From Chlamydiales bacterium (GTDB lineage Bacteria > Chlamydiota > Chlamydiia > Chlamydiales > JAAKFR01), in contig JAWLBH010000001.1 of assembly GCA_041395025.1 (NCBI GenBank), positions 990,001 to 1,022,000 of the forward strand: a DNA stretch of 32,000 bases, written 5' to 3'. Both the position numbers and the translations under genes were made by a program. Shown here piece after piece: positions 1-7,374 of the stretch. The first letter of the stretch is position 1; every line of letters starts with the position of its first letter. The notes below the pieces were generated by a model, which ran no database searches, was not told where the DNA came from, and saw only the letters and a list, made by a program, of their open reading frames with translations.

Positions 1-2
1 CA

Positions 3-446
3 CAGTCTTTTTCCAGGCAGCTAAACTCTGAAGAATGGATACTATGTAATTTTAGAGCTTATCCAAGAATTAGGATTTTTGTGGCTTATGCTGATAATGA
101 AATTGTTGGCTATATTCAGTGGACGGAAAAAAGTGGTTTTAGAAAAGAGGTTGTGTTGGAACTTGAGCAAATTGCGGTTTTACCTGAATCGAGAAATCAG
201 GGGATAGGCTCCAATCTGATTAACTCTTCCCTATCTCTAGTCAAAGAAGAATTAGCTACAAGAGAGGCTGTTTTGAAACATATCATCGTTACTACTAGGA
301 CAGATAACAGCGCGCAAAAAATTTATCGAGAGACTTTAAACGCTTCAGCTGAAACGACCATCTCAGATTTATTTTCAGCAGATGAAGTCATCATGATAGT
401 AAGAGATATTTCAAAGCAAAAGGAATCGAAACAGTGGAATCAATAA
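3..446 (+). CDS. GNAT-family N-acetyltransferase, 5'-partial (frame is open to the window edge)
   Basis: The frame of the 81..446 ORF stays open back to nt 3. It carries acetyl-CoA motif A 'QIAVLPESRNQGIGSNLI' (Q/R-x-x-G-x-G/A). Confidence 0.7.
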   Translation, partial: QSFSRQLNSEEWILCNFRAYPRIRIFVAYADNEIVGYIQWTEKSGFRKEVVLELEQIAVLPESRNQGIGSNLINSSLSLVKEELATREAVLKHIIVTTRTDNSAQKIYRETLNASAETTISDLFSADEVIMIVRDISKQKESKQWNQ

Positions 447-1249
447 ACTCATCTCAATATTCATATGATTCTAATCATGTGAGATATGAATTGTACTCAA
501 TGAACGATAAAGAAAGCTACAACTGGATTTTCCTTCCCGGTGGACCAGGAGCTGATTCTAGCTATTATCGTAGCTTGGTTGATATGCCTGGAAATGGGAC
601 TAACGTAGAAGACGGTGTTTCGTATGATTATGATGAGTGGTTTGGGATATTTCCATCTATCATTCAAAAATTTGAGAACCCAATTTTAGTTGGGCATTCA
701 TTTGGGGGAATGTTTCCTTTGCTTTTTCCTGAGCTTGAGAGTCAATTGAAAGGATTTGTAATTCTTAGTTCTGCCCCTTCCCTTTGGCTAGAGGCAGCTG
801 TTGAATATGCCAAGCAATTTGATTTACCCGATGTGCGTAAAGAAATAAAAGAACTGGCATTAAATCCTTCACAGAGTACATTTGAAATTGCTATAGATGC
901 CTGCATGCCCTACTATTTTCCGAAAGAGACTTTAGAGGAAGGTCGAGCCCTAGTTTCAAAGCTAAAGTTTCAGTATTTGCCTGCAGGATGGTGGCAAAAA
1001 AAGGCTGTGGAAATAAACTTTACAGCAGAATGGATACCCCAAAATGTTCCTACGCTTATTTTTGGTTCAAAATATGATTGTATCTGTCCTTTTTCGCTAT
1101 TTGAAAATGACGAAAGATTTGGGCGTGATAATATTGAATTAATTTACGTTGAAAATGCAGGTCATTTTATTTGGGTAGAAAACCCTCAAATAATGGTAAA
1201 GAAGTTCGGCGAATATATTTCAAAACTGAATGCAACGTCTCATCAATAG
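434..1249 (+). CDS. alpha/beta-fold hydrolase (proline iminopeptidase-like)
   Basis: Has the nucleophile elbow 'GHSFGG', an 'FLPGGPG' oxyanion-region motif and a C-terminal 'NAGHF' His region. GTG start at 434 overlaps the GNAT end; in-frame ATG alternative at 500. Confidence 0.7.
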   Translation: MESINSSQYSYDSNHVRYELYSMNDKESYNWIFLPGGPGADSSYYRSLVDMPGNGTNVEDGVSYDYDEWFGIFPSIIQKFENPILVGHSFGGMFPLLFPELESQLKGFVILSSAPSLWLEAAVEYAKQFDLPDVRKEIKELALNPSQSTFEIAIDACMPYYFPKETLEEGRALVSKLKFQYLPAGWWQKKAVEINFTAEWIPQNVPTLIFGSKYDCICPFSLFENDERFGRDNIELIYVENAGHFIWVENPQIMVKKFGEYISKLNATSHQ

Positions 1250-1389
1250 ACGTATTCACTATTACGTTCCAAATCTGAATCTATAGACTGAACGATTTTA
1301 AGTTGTTATTCCTTAAAGAGTTTGTTATATCAGAACATTTTCTCACTTAAGATGTTGCGCCAATATCATAAAAATTATAACATTGGTGT

Positions 1390-1989
1390 ATGAAAAGCCA
1401 AGACCAACTCTTTGAGATAGCAGACCGACAACAAGGCTTTTTTACTGCAAAACAAGCGGAAGAATGTGGCTATGCGCGGTCTAACTTTCATTTAAGACTT
1501 GCTTCAGGAGAATGGACTCAGGAGGGCAGGGGTATTTATCGATTAGCGAGATACCCCGTGACCGACCGGTCCGAACTTGTATTATGGAGTCTCTGGAGTA
1601 GGAATTTAAAGGATATTCCCCAAGGCGTATGGTCACATGAGACCGCTCTCGATATTCAGGAGCTGTCAGATGTGATGCCATCTAAAATGCATATGACGGT
1701 TCCTCGTGGCTTTCGAAGACGCATTGAAATCCCAAAAGTTCTATGCCTGCATTATGCGAATTTGGGCCAATCCGAGATAGAGCAAAGGCAAGGCTACCGG
1801 GTAACGGCTCCTTTTAGGACACTGCTGGATGTCTTTGAAGCAGAAACAGTAGCCGACAATTTTCTCGCTCAGGCTGTGCATCAAGCGTTAGAGAGGGGAC
1901 TTGTTGCCGAAGAAGAACTGCATTCTCTCGAAAAGACACATCCCAATATCCACTTTAAAATGAAGAGATTATTGAATGACAAGTTTTAA
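1390..1989 (+). CDS. abiEi: AbiEi-family type IV toxin-antitoxin antitoxin / transcriptional regulator
   Basis: N-terminal 'FFTAKQAEECGYARSNFHLRLASGEWTQEGRGIYRL' matches the AbiEi_4-type wHTH pattern. It overlaps the downstream DUF1814 gene by 14 nt. Confidence 0.75.
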   Translation: MKSQDQLFEIADRQQGFFTAKQAEECGYARSNFHLRLASGEWTQEGRGIYRLARYPVTDRSELVLWSLWSRNLKDIPQGVWSHETALDIQELSDVMPSKMHMTVPRGFRRRIEIPKVLCLHYANLGQSEIEQRQGYRVTAPFRTLLDVFEAETVADNFLAQAVHQALERGLVAEEELHSLEKTHPNIHFKMKRLLNDKF

Positions 1990-2836
1990 AACACCGACCG
2001 ATTTCCGCAGAAGCTTGGAAGCTCGCTTAAAGAGCATCGCGACTAACAGTAATCAAGATTTGCAACGTCTTAGACGGAAAGTTGCCTTTGAGAGGCTTTT
2101 AGCTAGAATATTTCATCAAGGCTCGGATAGTTTCGTTCTTAAGGGGGGATATGCCATGGAATTGCGCTTTGCTACGGCACGGGCAACGAAAGATATTGAT
2201 TTGACTTGCTTGCGCAGAATCAATGCATTTGATGTAGCGATTGAACATGTCATTGCTCGAGAGTTGCGCAATTTAGTGAAAGTGGACCTAAAAGATTATT
2301 TTACCTTTGAGGTTGGACCTGCCCAAATGGACTTGGATAATGCACCCTATGGAGGGGCGCGCTATTCTGTGTCTTCCTTTATCGACAGGCGACTTTTTGT
2401 AAGGTTCCAGCTCGATGTGGGGGCCGATGTCGTGGTTGACGAAATAGAGCAAGTAGAGGGGTTAGACTGGCTGAAATATTGTGGCATCGATGCGCCTAAG
2501 ATGTGGATGATTTCGATTGAACAGCAGTTCGCAGAAAAGCTACATGCCTATACCCTTCCCCGAGAGCAAAAACAAAACTCTCGCGTGAAAGATTTAATTG
2601 ACATGCTGTTGCTCAAGGAATATCGCCCCATTGATGGAAGGCGTTTCAAAGATACTTTGCAAAAAGTGTATGGTGCGCGTGGCACACATGCTTTACCCGA
2701 AAATCTTGGTCCTCCGCCCTCTGAATGGCTTCCATTATTTGAAAGCCTTGCGTCTGAATGTGGTTTATCTCTATCGATGCAAGAAGCTTACCTTGAGTTG
2801 CTGAAATTTTTTCAAAATCATGTGTTGGAAATATGA
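1976..2836 (+). CDS. abiEii: AbiEii/AbiGii-family nucleotidyltransferase toxin (DUF1814)
   Basis: 'LKGGYAMELRF...ATKDIDL' is an NTase-fold motif (G-x-x-...-D-x-D). Size is about 286 aa, with the typical position downstream of and overlapping AbiEi. Confidence 0.8.
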   Translation: MTSFKTPTDFRRSLEARLKSIATNSNQDLQRLRRKVAFERLLARIFHQGSDSFVLKGGYAMELRFATARATKDIDLTCLRRINAFDVAIEHVIARELRNLVKVDLKDYFTFEVGPAQMDLDNAPYGGARYSVSSFIDRRLFVRFQLDVGADVVVDEIEQVEGLDWLKYCGIDAPKMWMISIEQQFAEKLHAYTLPREQKQNSRVKDLIDMLLLKEYRPIDGRRFKDTLQKVYGARGTHALPENLGPPPSEWLPLFESLASECGLSLSMQEAYLELLKFFQNHVLEI

Positions 2837-3414
2837 AAAGTTATCCCAAACAATCCGAAGAAGAGAAAGAATTTAAAGGCAAAGATTTTTCAAATATCTC
2901 ATTTTCAGGATGTTCCTTTACACACTGTGTTTTTATAAGCTGTCGTTTTTCTGGATGCAATTTCCGCAATGCCAGTTTTTCAGAGTGTGCTTTTAAAAAT
3001 TGTAGTATGGATTCGACCAACATTGAGGGTTGCCGTTTTCAAGATGTATTCTTTGAGGAGAGCAAAATTGTGGGAGCTGAATTTCATAAATGTGACAGAA
3101 CCTTTTTCTCCATTCGCTTTGAGAAAAGCATCGTAATGGCCTGTAATTTTTCTGAATTGAAGATGAGGAAAACACGTTTTTGCGGGAGCAAGGTCAAGGA
3201 GTGCTATTTCAATGACACGCAGTTGTCGGAATCTGATTTTCAGCAAACTGACTTAGAGGGGACTATTTTTCATCATTGTGAGCTCTCCAAAGCCGATTTT
3301 AGAGGTGCTGTCAATTACTCCATCAATCCTCAAGCTAATATCTTGAAGAAAGCGACTTTCTCACCACCAGAAGTACTCGCATTGCTAAGTTTTTTTGATA
3401 TTAAAATTGAATAA
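2833..3414 (+). CDS. pentapeptide-repeat protein (Qnr/MfpA-like beta-helix)
   Basis: Almost the whole protein is A(D/N)(L/F)xx-type pentads ('CSFTHCVFISCRFSGCNFRNASFSECAFKNCSM...', 'ADFRGA'). Its ATG (2833-2835) overlaps the abiEii TGA (2834-2836) as ATGA. Confidence 0.85.
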   Translation: MKSYPKQSEEEKEFKGKDFSNISFSGCSFTHCVFISCRFSGCNFRNASFSECAFKNCSMDSTNIEGCRFQDVFFEESKIVGAEFHKCDRTFFSIRFEKSIVMACNFSELKMRKTRFCGSKVKECYFNDTQLSESDFQQTDLEGTIFHHCELSKADFRGAVNYSINPQANILKKATFSPPEVLALLSFFDIKIE

Positions 3415-3423
3415 TCTTTTGGA

Positions 3424-4011
3424 TTATAAATACTTGTTCAATGTACTCCAAACTATTTCGACTTGTTTGCCACGTTCGCGTTCCCATGCTGCGGTTATCT
3501 CTTTCTGAGAGGCTTTTGGGTATTTGTCGCTGTATTTTTGCATAAAATTGAGGTAAGCCCATTCTTGCTTTGGGTTAGCTTTTCTTTGTTGTCTATTGAG
3601 GTGTTCATTTTGCCAAAATTGGGCGAACTCTGCATAAGTGGGAGGGTTACCTTCTATCCATCGATTTTTAATCCAATCTTGTCCAAATGCCGTAAAGTGA
3701 AAATGGTTTCCTACAAGACTCTTCATGAATTTTCGGGTCTTCTCATCATTTTTGTAGTTGCCATGCAAAATAAGAGTTGATGGTGCTAAAGGATAGCGTG
3801 TATTTTTCTGAGCTTTTGAAGCTGAAGGGATTTGAGGCTGCTTGAGTACGGTTCCATCTTCCAAATAGCAACAAATTCTTTGAATAATTTCTCCCTTTTT
3901 GCCCCTCTCGGGGAGAGCCAATTTTTGGCATAGCTCTTTTAGCTCGCTCATGTGCATATAATGCAGGGCATTTTTTAACATGCCCACCTTGGAAGCCGAT
4001 AGTGTCTTCAT
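3424..4011 (-). CDS. SAP-motif / DUF6434-like protein
   Basis: N-terminal 'MSELKELCQKLALPERGKKGEIIQRICCYL' is a SAP-like helix-extended-helix. The C-terminal 'FHFTAFGQDWIKNRW...YAEFAQFW' resembles the DUF6434 family as I recall it. Its ATG overlaps the upstream kinase stop as ATGA (4008-4011). Confidence 0.55.
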   Translation of the reverse strand: MKTLSASKVGMLKNALHYMHMSELKELCQKLALPERGKKGEIIQRICCYLEDGTVLKQPQIPSASKAQKNTRYPLAPSTLILHGNYKNDEKTRKFMKSLVGNHFHFTAFGQDWIKNRWIEGNPPTYAEFAQFWQNEHLNRQQRKANPKQEWAYLNFMQKYSDKYPKASQKEITAAWERERGKQVEIVWSTLNKYL

Positions 4012-4619
4012 GATGGCTCATTGGGTTTTGACTTTTCGGCAAGTGCTCTTTTGATTTTTGCGACATTTTCTTCCAGTGAATGGGCGTGGCTGTCTATTTC
4101 AAGGTCATAGGCAACGTTTTCATGAACCTTGTAGTATTGAGCCCGTGCTGAGCCAACACATCGGTCTCCTCGAGTACGTTCCCTTTCTTCCAGAATTCCT
4201 AGAGGGGTGACAACGCCGACATACAGCACATTATAATCTTTTAACACCTGCTTCCACTCTTCAACTTCAACCGTTCCGAACGCTACATCATCGATAATCA
4301 GGTTGTAATGTTGAGAGGTCAGGAGGATGGCAATATCTTTAAGGGTGCGCACAATGCGTTTTGCAAAGGGGCCAGCTCTTACATGAAAAATGCGATGTCC
4401 TTCTGGGTCAGTATCGGCCTCCCAGGAAAACCCAAGAGGCGCAGAGCCTCCTTCCCAATTGTTTATCTTAGCGGGCATGAAACCAATAATTTTATCGATG
4501 CCAAGATGGAGAAAGGGTTCTTCAAAAGAATTTTGTAAAGCCTTGGCCAATGTCGTTTTTCCTGAGCTTGAAGGGCCGTTTAAGTAAATTATTTTTTCCA
4601 TAGGTAACTCGTTTGCCAA
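4008..4619 (-). CDS. chloramphenicol-phosphotransferase-like (CPT family) P-loop kinase
   Basis: Walker A 'GPSSSGKTT' lies near the N-terminus. 'LHLGIDKIIGFMP' and 'LIIDDV' (Walker B-like) are typical of the CPT/AAA_33 kinase family. About 200 aa. Confidence 0.7.
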   Translation of the reverse strand: MANELPMEKIIYLNGPSSSGKTTLAKALQNSFEEPFLHLGIDKIIGFMPAKINNWEGGSAPLGFSWEADTDPEGHRIFHVRAGPFAKRIVRTLKDIAILLTSQHYNLIIDDVAFGTVEVEEWKQVLKDYNVLYVGVVTPLGILEERERTRGDRCVGSARAQYYKVHENVAYDLEIDSHAHSLEENVAKIKRALAEKSKPNEPS

Positions 4620-4745
4620 CAGATGATAACAGAATAGAAAATAGATTAAAAAGATGAGTAAAAATTTCTTGATTGTGCCACTAGTGTGCCAAATCAGCAG
4701 CGTTTGATTTTTTTGTCTCTGACATTACCGATTTTATCCTAGTTT

Positions 4746-4770
4746 TGCAAGGGATTTCTTATCCCTTGCA
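4746..4770. repeat. perfect 9-bp inverted repeat with 7-nt spacer (TGCAAGGGA-TTTCTTA-TCCCTTGCA), 48 nt upstream of int
   Basis: Read directly from the sequence. The two-arm, 7-nt-spacer architecture is that of a tyrosine-recombinase core site, and the arms mimic a tRNA-Leu anticodon stem. Confidence 0.6.
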
Positions 4771-4818
4771 GGCTTATCATGACTTATGTTATGGTGTCCT
4801 CAATTATCATGAGGATAC

Positions 4819-5886
4819 ATGGCTAACATTCAAGAGCGTACTTCCAAAGATGGCAAAACCACCTACCGAGTCCAGGTTCGCCTTAAAGGCTATCCATCCC
4901 AAACAGCTACTTTTGCAAGGAAAACAGATGCAAGGCGATGGGCTCAACAAATTGAAACCGCAATTCGTGAAGGACGTCATTTTAAAACAGCAGAAGCTAA
5001 AAAGCGAACTCTTGCTGAATTAATCGATAGATACATCGAGCAAGTATTGCCGAGTAAACCAAAAAGCTTTGATAAGCAACAGGCACAGCTTCTTTGGTGG
5101 AAAGAAAAGTTGGGTGCATATGCACTTGCTGATATTACACCAGCTCTCGTGGCTGAATACCGAGATTTGCTTTTGGGTGAAGTAACTTGCAGAGGGAAGA
5201 AGCGCTCTAATTCTACTGTAGTTAGGTATTTAGCTGCACTTTCCCATGCATTTACTGTAGCTATGAGGGAGTGGGGTTGGATTGAAGATTCGCCATTGCG
5301 AAAGGTCTCTAAGCCAAAAGAGCCTGGAGGGAGGGTCCGCTTTTTAGACACAGATGAACGTACTCGTCTTTTAGAAGCGTGCAAGGAGAGTAGGAACCCA
5401 TTTTTATATCCCATAGTTACGCTTGCTCTAGCGACAGGAATGCGGCGGGCAGAAATTTTGAATCTCACCTGGGGAAATGTGGACTTTGAAAGAAATAAAA
5501 TTGTTCTTTTGGAAACCAAAAATGGCGACAAGCGCATTGTGCCTCTTTCGAGTCATACTAAGGCAATTCTTTTATCAATCAGAGAGCAAAGCGATGACCC
5601 TTCATTCTTTGTTTTTCCAAGACAAAAAGGACAAAAGCCACAAAAACCAATCGATATTAGAACTGCATGGGAGGTTTCTTTAGAAAAGGCGCAGATTCGA
5701 AATTTTCGATTTCATGATTTGCGCCATTGCTGCGCTTCATATCTCTTGATGAATGGAGCTTCTCTTGCTGAGATTTCTGAAGTGCTAGGGCATCGGACTC
5801 TAGCGATGGTTAAGAGGTATGCGCATATGTCCGAAGGGCATGCTGCAAACATTGTATCAAAAATGAATGAAAATATTTTTGGGTAG
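4819..5886 (+). CDS. int: tyrosine-type site-specific integrase
   Basis: Catalytic motifs 'GMRRAEI' (Arg I), 'HDLRHCCAS' (H-x-x-R) and 'LGHRTLAMVKRYAH' (His/Tyr). The N-terminal SAM-like arm 'TYRVQVRLKGY...' is typical of phage integrases. Confidence 0.9.
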   Translation: MANIQERTSKDGKTTYRVQVRLKGYPSQTATFARKTDARRWAQQIETAIREGRHFKTAEAKKRTLAELIDRYIEQVLPSKPKSFDKQQAQLLWWKEKLGAYALADITPALVAEYRDLLLGEVTCRGKKRSNSTVVRYLAALSHAFTVAMREWGWIEDSPLRKVSKPKEPGGRVRFLDTDERTRLLEACKESRNPFLYPIVTLALATGMRRAEILNLTWGNVDFERNKIVLLETKNGDKRIVPLSSHTKAILLSIREQSDDPSFFVFPRQKGQKPQKPIDIRTAWEVSLEKAQIRNFRFHDLRHCCASYLLMNGASLAEISEVLGHRTLAMVKRYAHMSEGHAANIVSKMNENIFG

Positions 5887-5889
5887 GTT

Positions 5890-6501
5890 ATGAAAGAAAT
5901 TGAATTAAAGAGGATGTATCTTGAGCAGGAAAGAAAAATTACTCCACTGAAGCCTCATTGGTTGCAGAAGGATTTTATGCAACCATGTGAGGCTGTCTTG
6001 GTGTATTATCAAATAGAACCCGCTATGGAGCAACTTAAAGAGCGAGATATGCAAATCATAAAAGCTATCGATTATCTCGGTATCTATGATGTTTTGATGT
6101 CCTCAGAATTTATTGTGAAGTCTCCTCCCTCTATTAAGTTTGTCGATTTTGTCCAATGGGCTATCAGTAAAGGATTTGGCCTTCCAGAGCATCTGAAGCA
6201 TGTCCAACAGGGGCATGAAAGTAATCAATCTGAAGAAGAAGGTTCGGATGAGGAGGGAGTGTCCTTAAATTTATCCTCCGTCAAATTGCCTCTTCTTCTT
6301 ACGGAGTTGGCTAAACGATTGATGAAAAAAATATCACCGGAATCAAAGTATGCTTCTCTCCCTGCAAACGAAATTGTTAAATTTTCTGATGAGTTCAAGT
6401 CGTTGCGGGCGGTTGTTAGGGCTATAAGGGATGGTAAGGACTATGAGGATGAGTGGTATCAGCGTAAAACTAGCTCTGTAGGACCTCGTAAGCGTAAATA
6501 A
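5890..6501 (+). CDS. hypothetical protein (element cargo; acidic Ser/Glu-rich linker)
   Basis: A 203-aa ORF that starts 4 nt after the int stop. No motif recognised. Confidence 0.45.
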   Translation: MKEIELKRMYLEQERKITPLKPHWLQKDFMQPCEAVLVYYQIEPAMEQLKERDMQIIKAIDYLGIYDVLMSSEFIVKSPPSIKFVDFVQWAISKGFGLPEHLKHVQQGHESNQSEEEGSDEEGVSLNLSSVKLPLLLTELAKRLMKKISPESKYASLPANEIVKFSDEFKSLRAVVRAIRDGKDYEDEWYQRKTSSVGPRKRK

Positions 6502-6563
6502 ATTAATTCGACAACGTAGTTTTCAACTTTCTTTGTTGTTTTTTCTCTCAAAAACATCTTTGC

Positions 6564-6599
6564 GAATGTCATTTTCGTCTAAAATGAATGTCTTTTTCG
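6564..6599. repeat. 14-nt direct repeat pair GAATGTC(A/T)TTTTCG (6564-6577, 6586-6599), 22-nt phasing
   Basis: Read directly. Lies in the 264-nt AT-rich intergenic region upstream of the rightward element genes. Confidence 0.45.
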
Positions 6600-6644
6600 A
6601 TTTTTCTCGGCAGTGTTCTTTAGCTGTCTTCTTCTGAATCTTTG

Positions 6645-6664
6645 TGTATTTGAATATAAATACA
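6645..6664. promoter_or_regulatory. 7-bp inverted repeat TGTATTT-GAATAT-AAATACA (candidate operator)
   Basis: Read directly. Sits in the intergenic control region of the element. The ATACAATT motif recurs at 6660 and 6715, with an inverted ATTGTA at 6726. Confidence 0.35.
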
Positions 6665-6765
6665 ATTGAATCTGAACTAACAGTTCATAAATTATACTTG
6701 TAATTTCATTTTTCATACAATTCGGATTGTAAATGTTTGAAAACTAATTCAACCGTAAGGAGGTA

Positions 6766-7029
6766 GTGATGTCAAACATAGCAAACGAACTGCATGAGCG
6801 TATTTCAGTGAGAAATCTACTCACAGTTCCTCAGCTTTCTCAGAAACACCCAGCATTTAGCCAAGCTGCTTTAAGGCATTTGATATTTGATGCCAATAAC
6901 AATGGCTTCTGTTGCGTTGTAAAGAGAGTTGGCAAGAGAAAAATTTTACTGGATGAGCAAGCGTTTTTCCATTGGATAGACAAACAACAAAGTGAAAAGG
7001 GAGAAAAGAACCATGAATCCAAGAAATAA
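6766..7029 (+). CDS. excisionase/AlpA-like helix-turn-helix DNA-binding protein
   Basis: 'LLTVPQLSQKHPAFSQAALRHLI...VVKRVGKRKILLDEQAFFHWI' follows the HTH_17/excisionase pattern (LLT-x-x-E/Q...G-R/K-x-x-I/L-x-x-x-x-x-x-x-W). 'AAGGAGG' lies 6 nt upstream. Confidence 0.55.
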   Translation: MMSNIANELHERISVRNLLTVPQLSQKHPAFSQAALRHLIFDANNNGFCCVVKRVGKRKILLDEQAFFHWIDKQQSEKGEKNHESKK

Positions 7030-7041
7030 ACGCCTCTTGGA

Positions 7042-7374
7042 GTGCTAAGCAAACGGGATAGAGTATTTGTCAGCGAACTCCTCAAGTTGATAGGAGCTTT
7101 GAACCCAGCTCAAAATACACATGACCTGAGACAGGCTGGGTGGAAAATTCATACAGGGAGGGTTATAACAAAGGACCGTGACGGAAGGGTCTGTCATCCT
7201 GGATTCTATTTGTTAGAACCTGATGAAAAAGCTAGGGCATTGGAGTTCCTTCAAAAGGCTGATGGAGCGGCTGGCACCGCTCCGTCAGCGGGTGATAATT
7301 CCAAGCATCTAAACTCTAAATCATCAGATAAAGCTAATGATAGCATAGGAGGTGAAAATGACAACCTCTTATGA
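7042..7374 (+). CDS. hypothetical protein (possible small winged-helix protein)
   Basis: GTG-initiated 110-aa ORF between the HTH gene and the DUF3987 gene, overlapping the latter. No motif recognised. Confidence 0.35.
   Translation: MLSKRDRVFVSELLKLIGALNPAQNTHDLRQAGWKIHTGRVITKDRDGRVCHPGFYLLEPDEKARALEFLQKADGAAGTAPSAGDNSKHLNSKSSDKANDSIGGENDNLL

Noticed and set aside
2598-4587. Short nested ORFs in the TA/kinase region (2598-2804, 2841-3246, 3463-3780, 3746-4066, 4308-4587)
   Set aside because: They overlap confidently assigned genes in other frames or on the opposite strand, and have no motif.
4745-5023. 92-aa ORF overlapping the integrase start
   Set aside because: It is out of frame with a confidently identified integrase and begins inside the palindrome. 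No motif, so it is treated as spurious.
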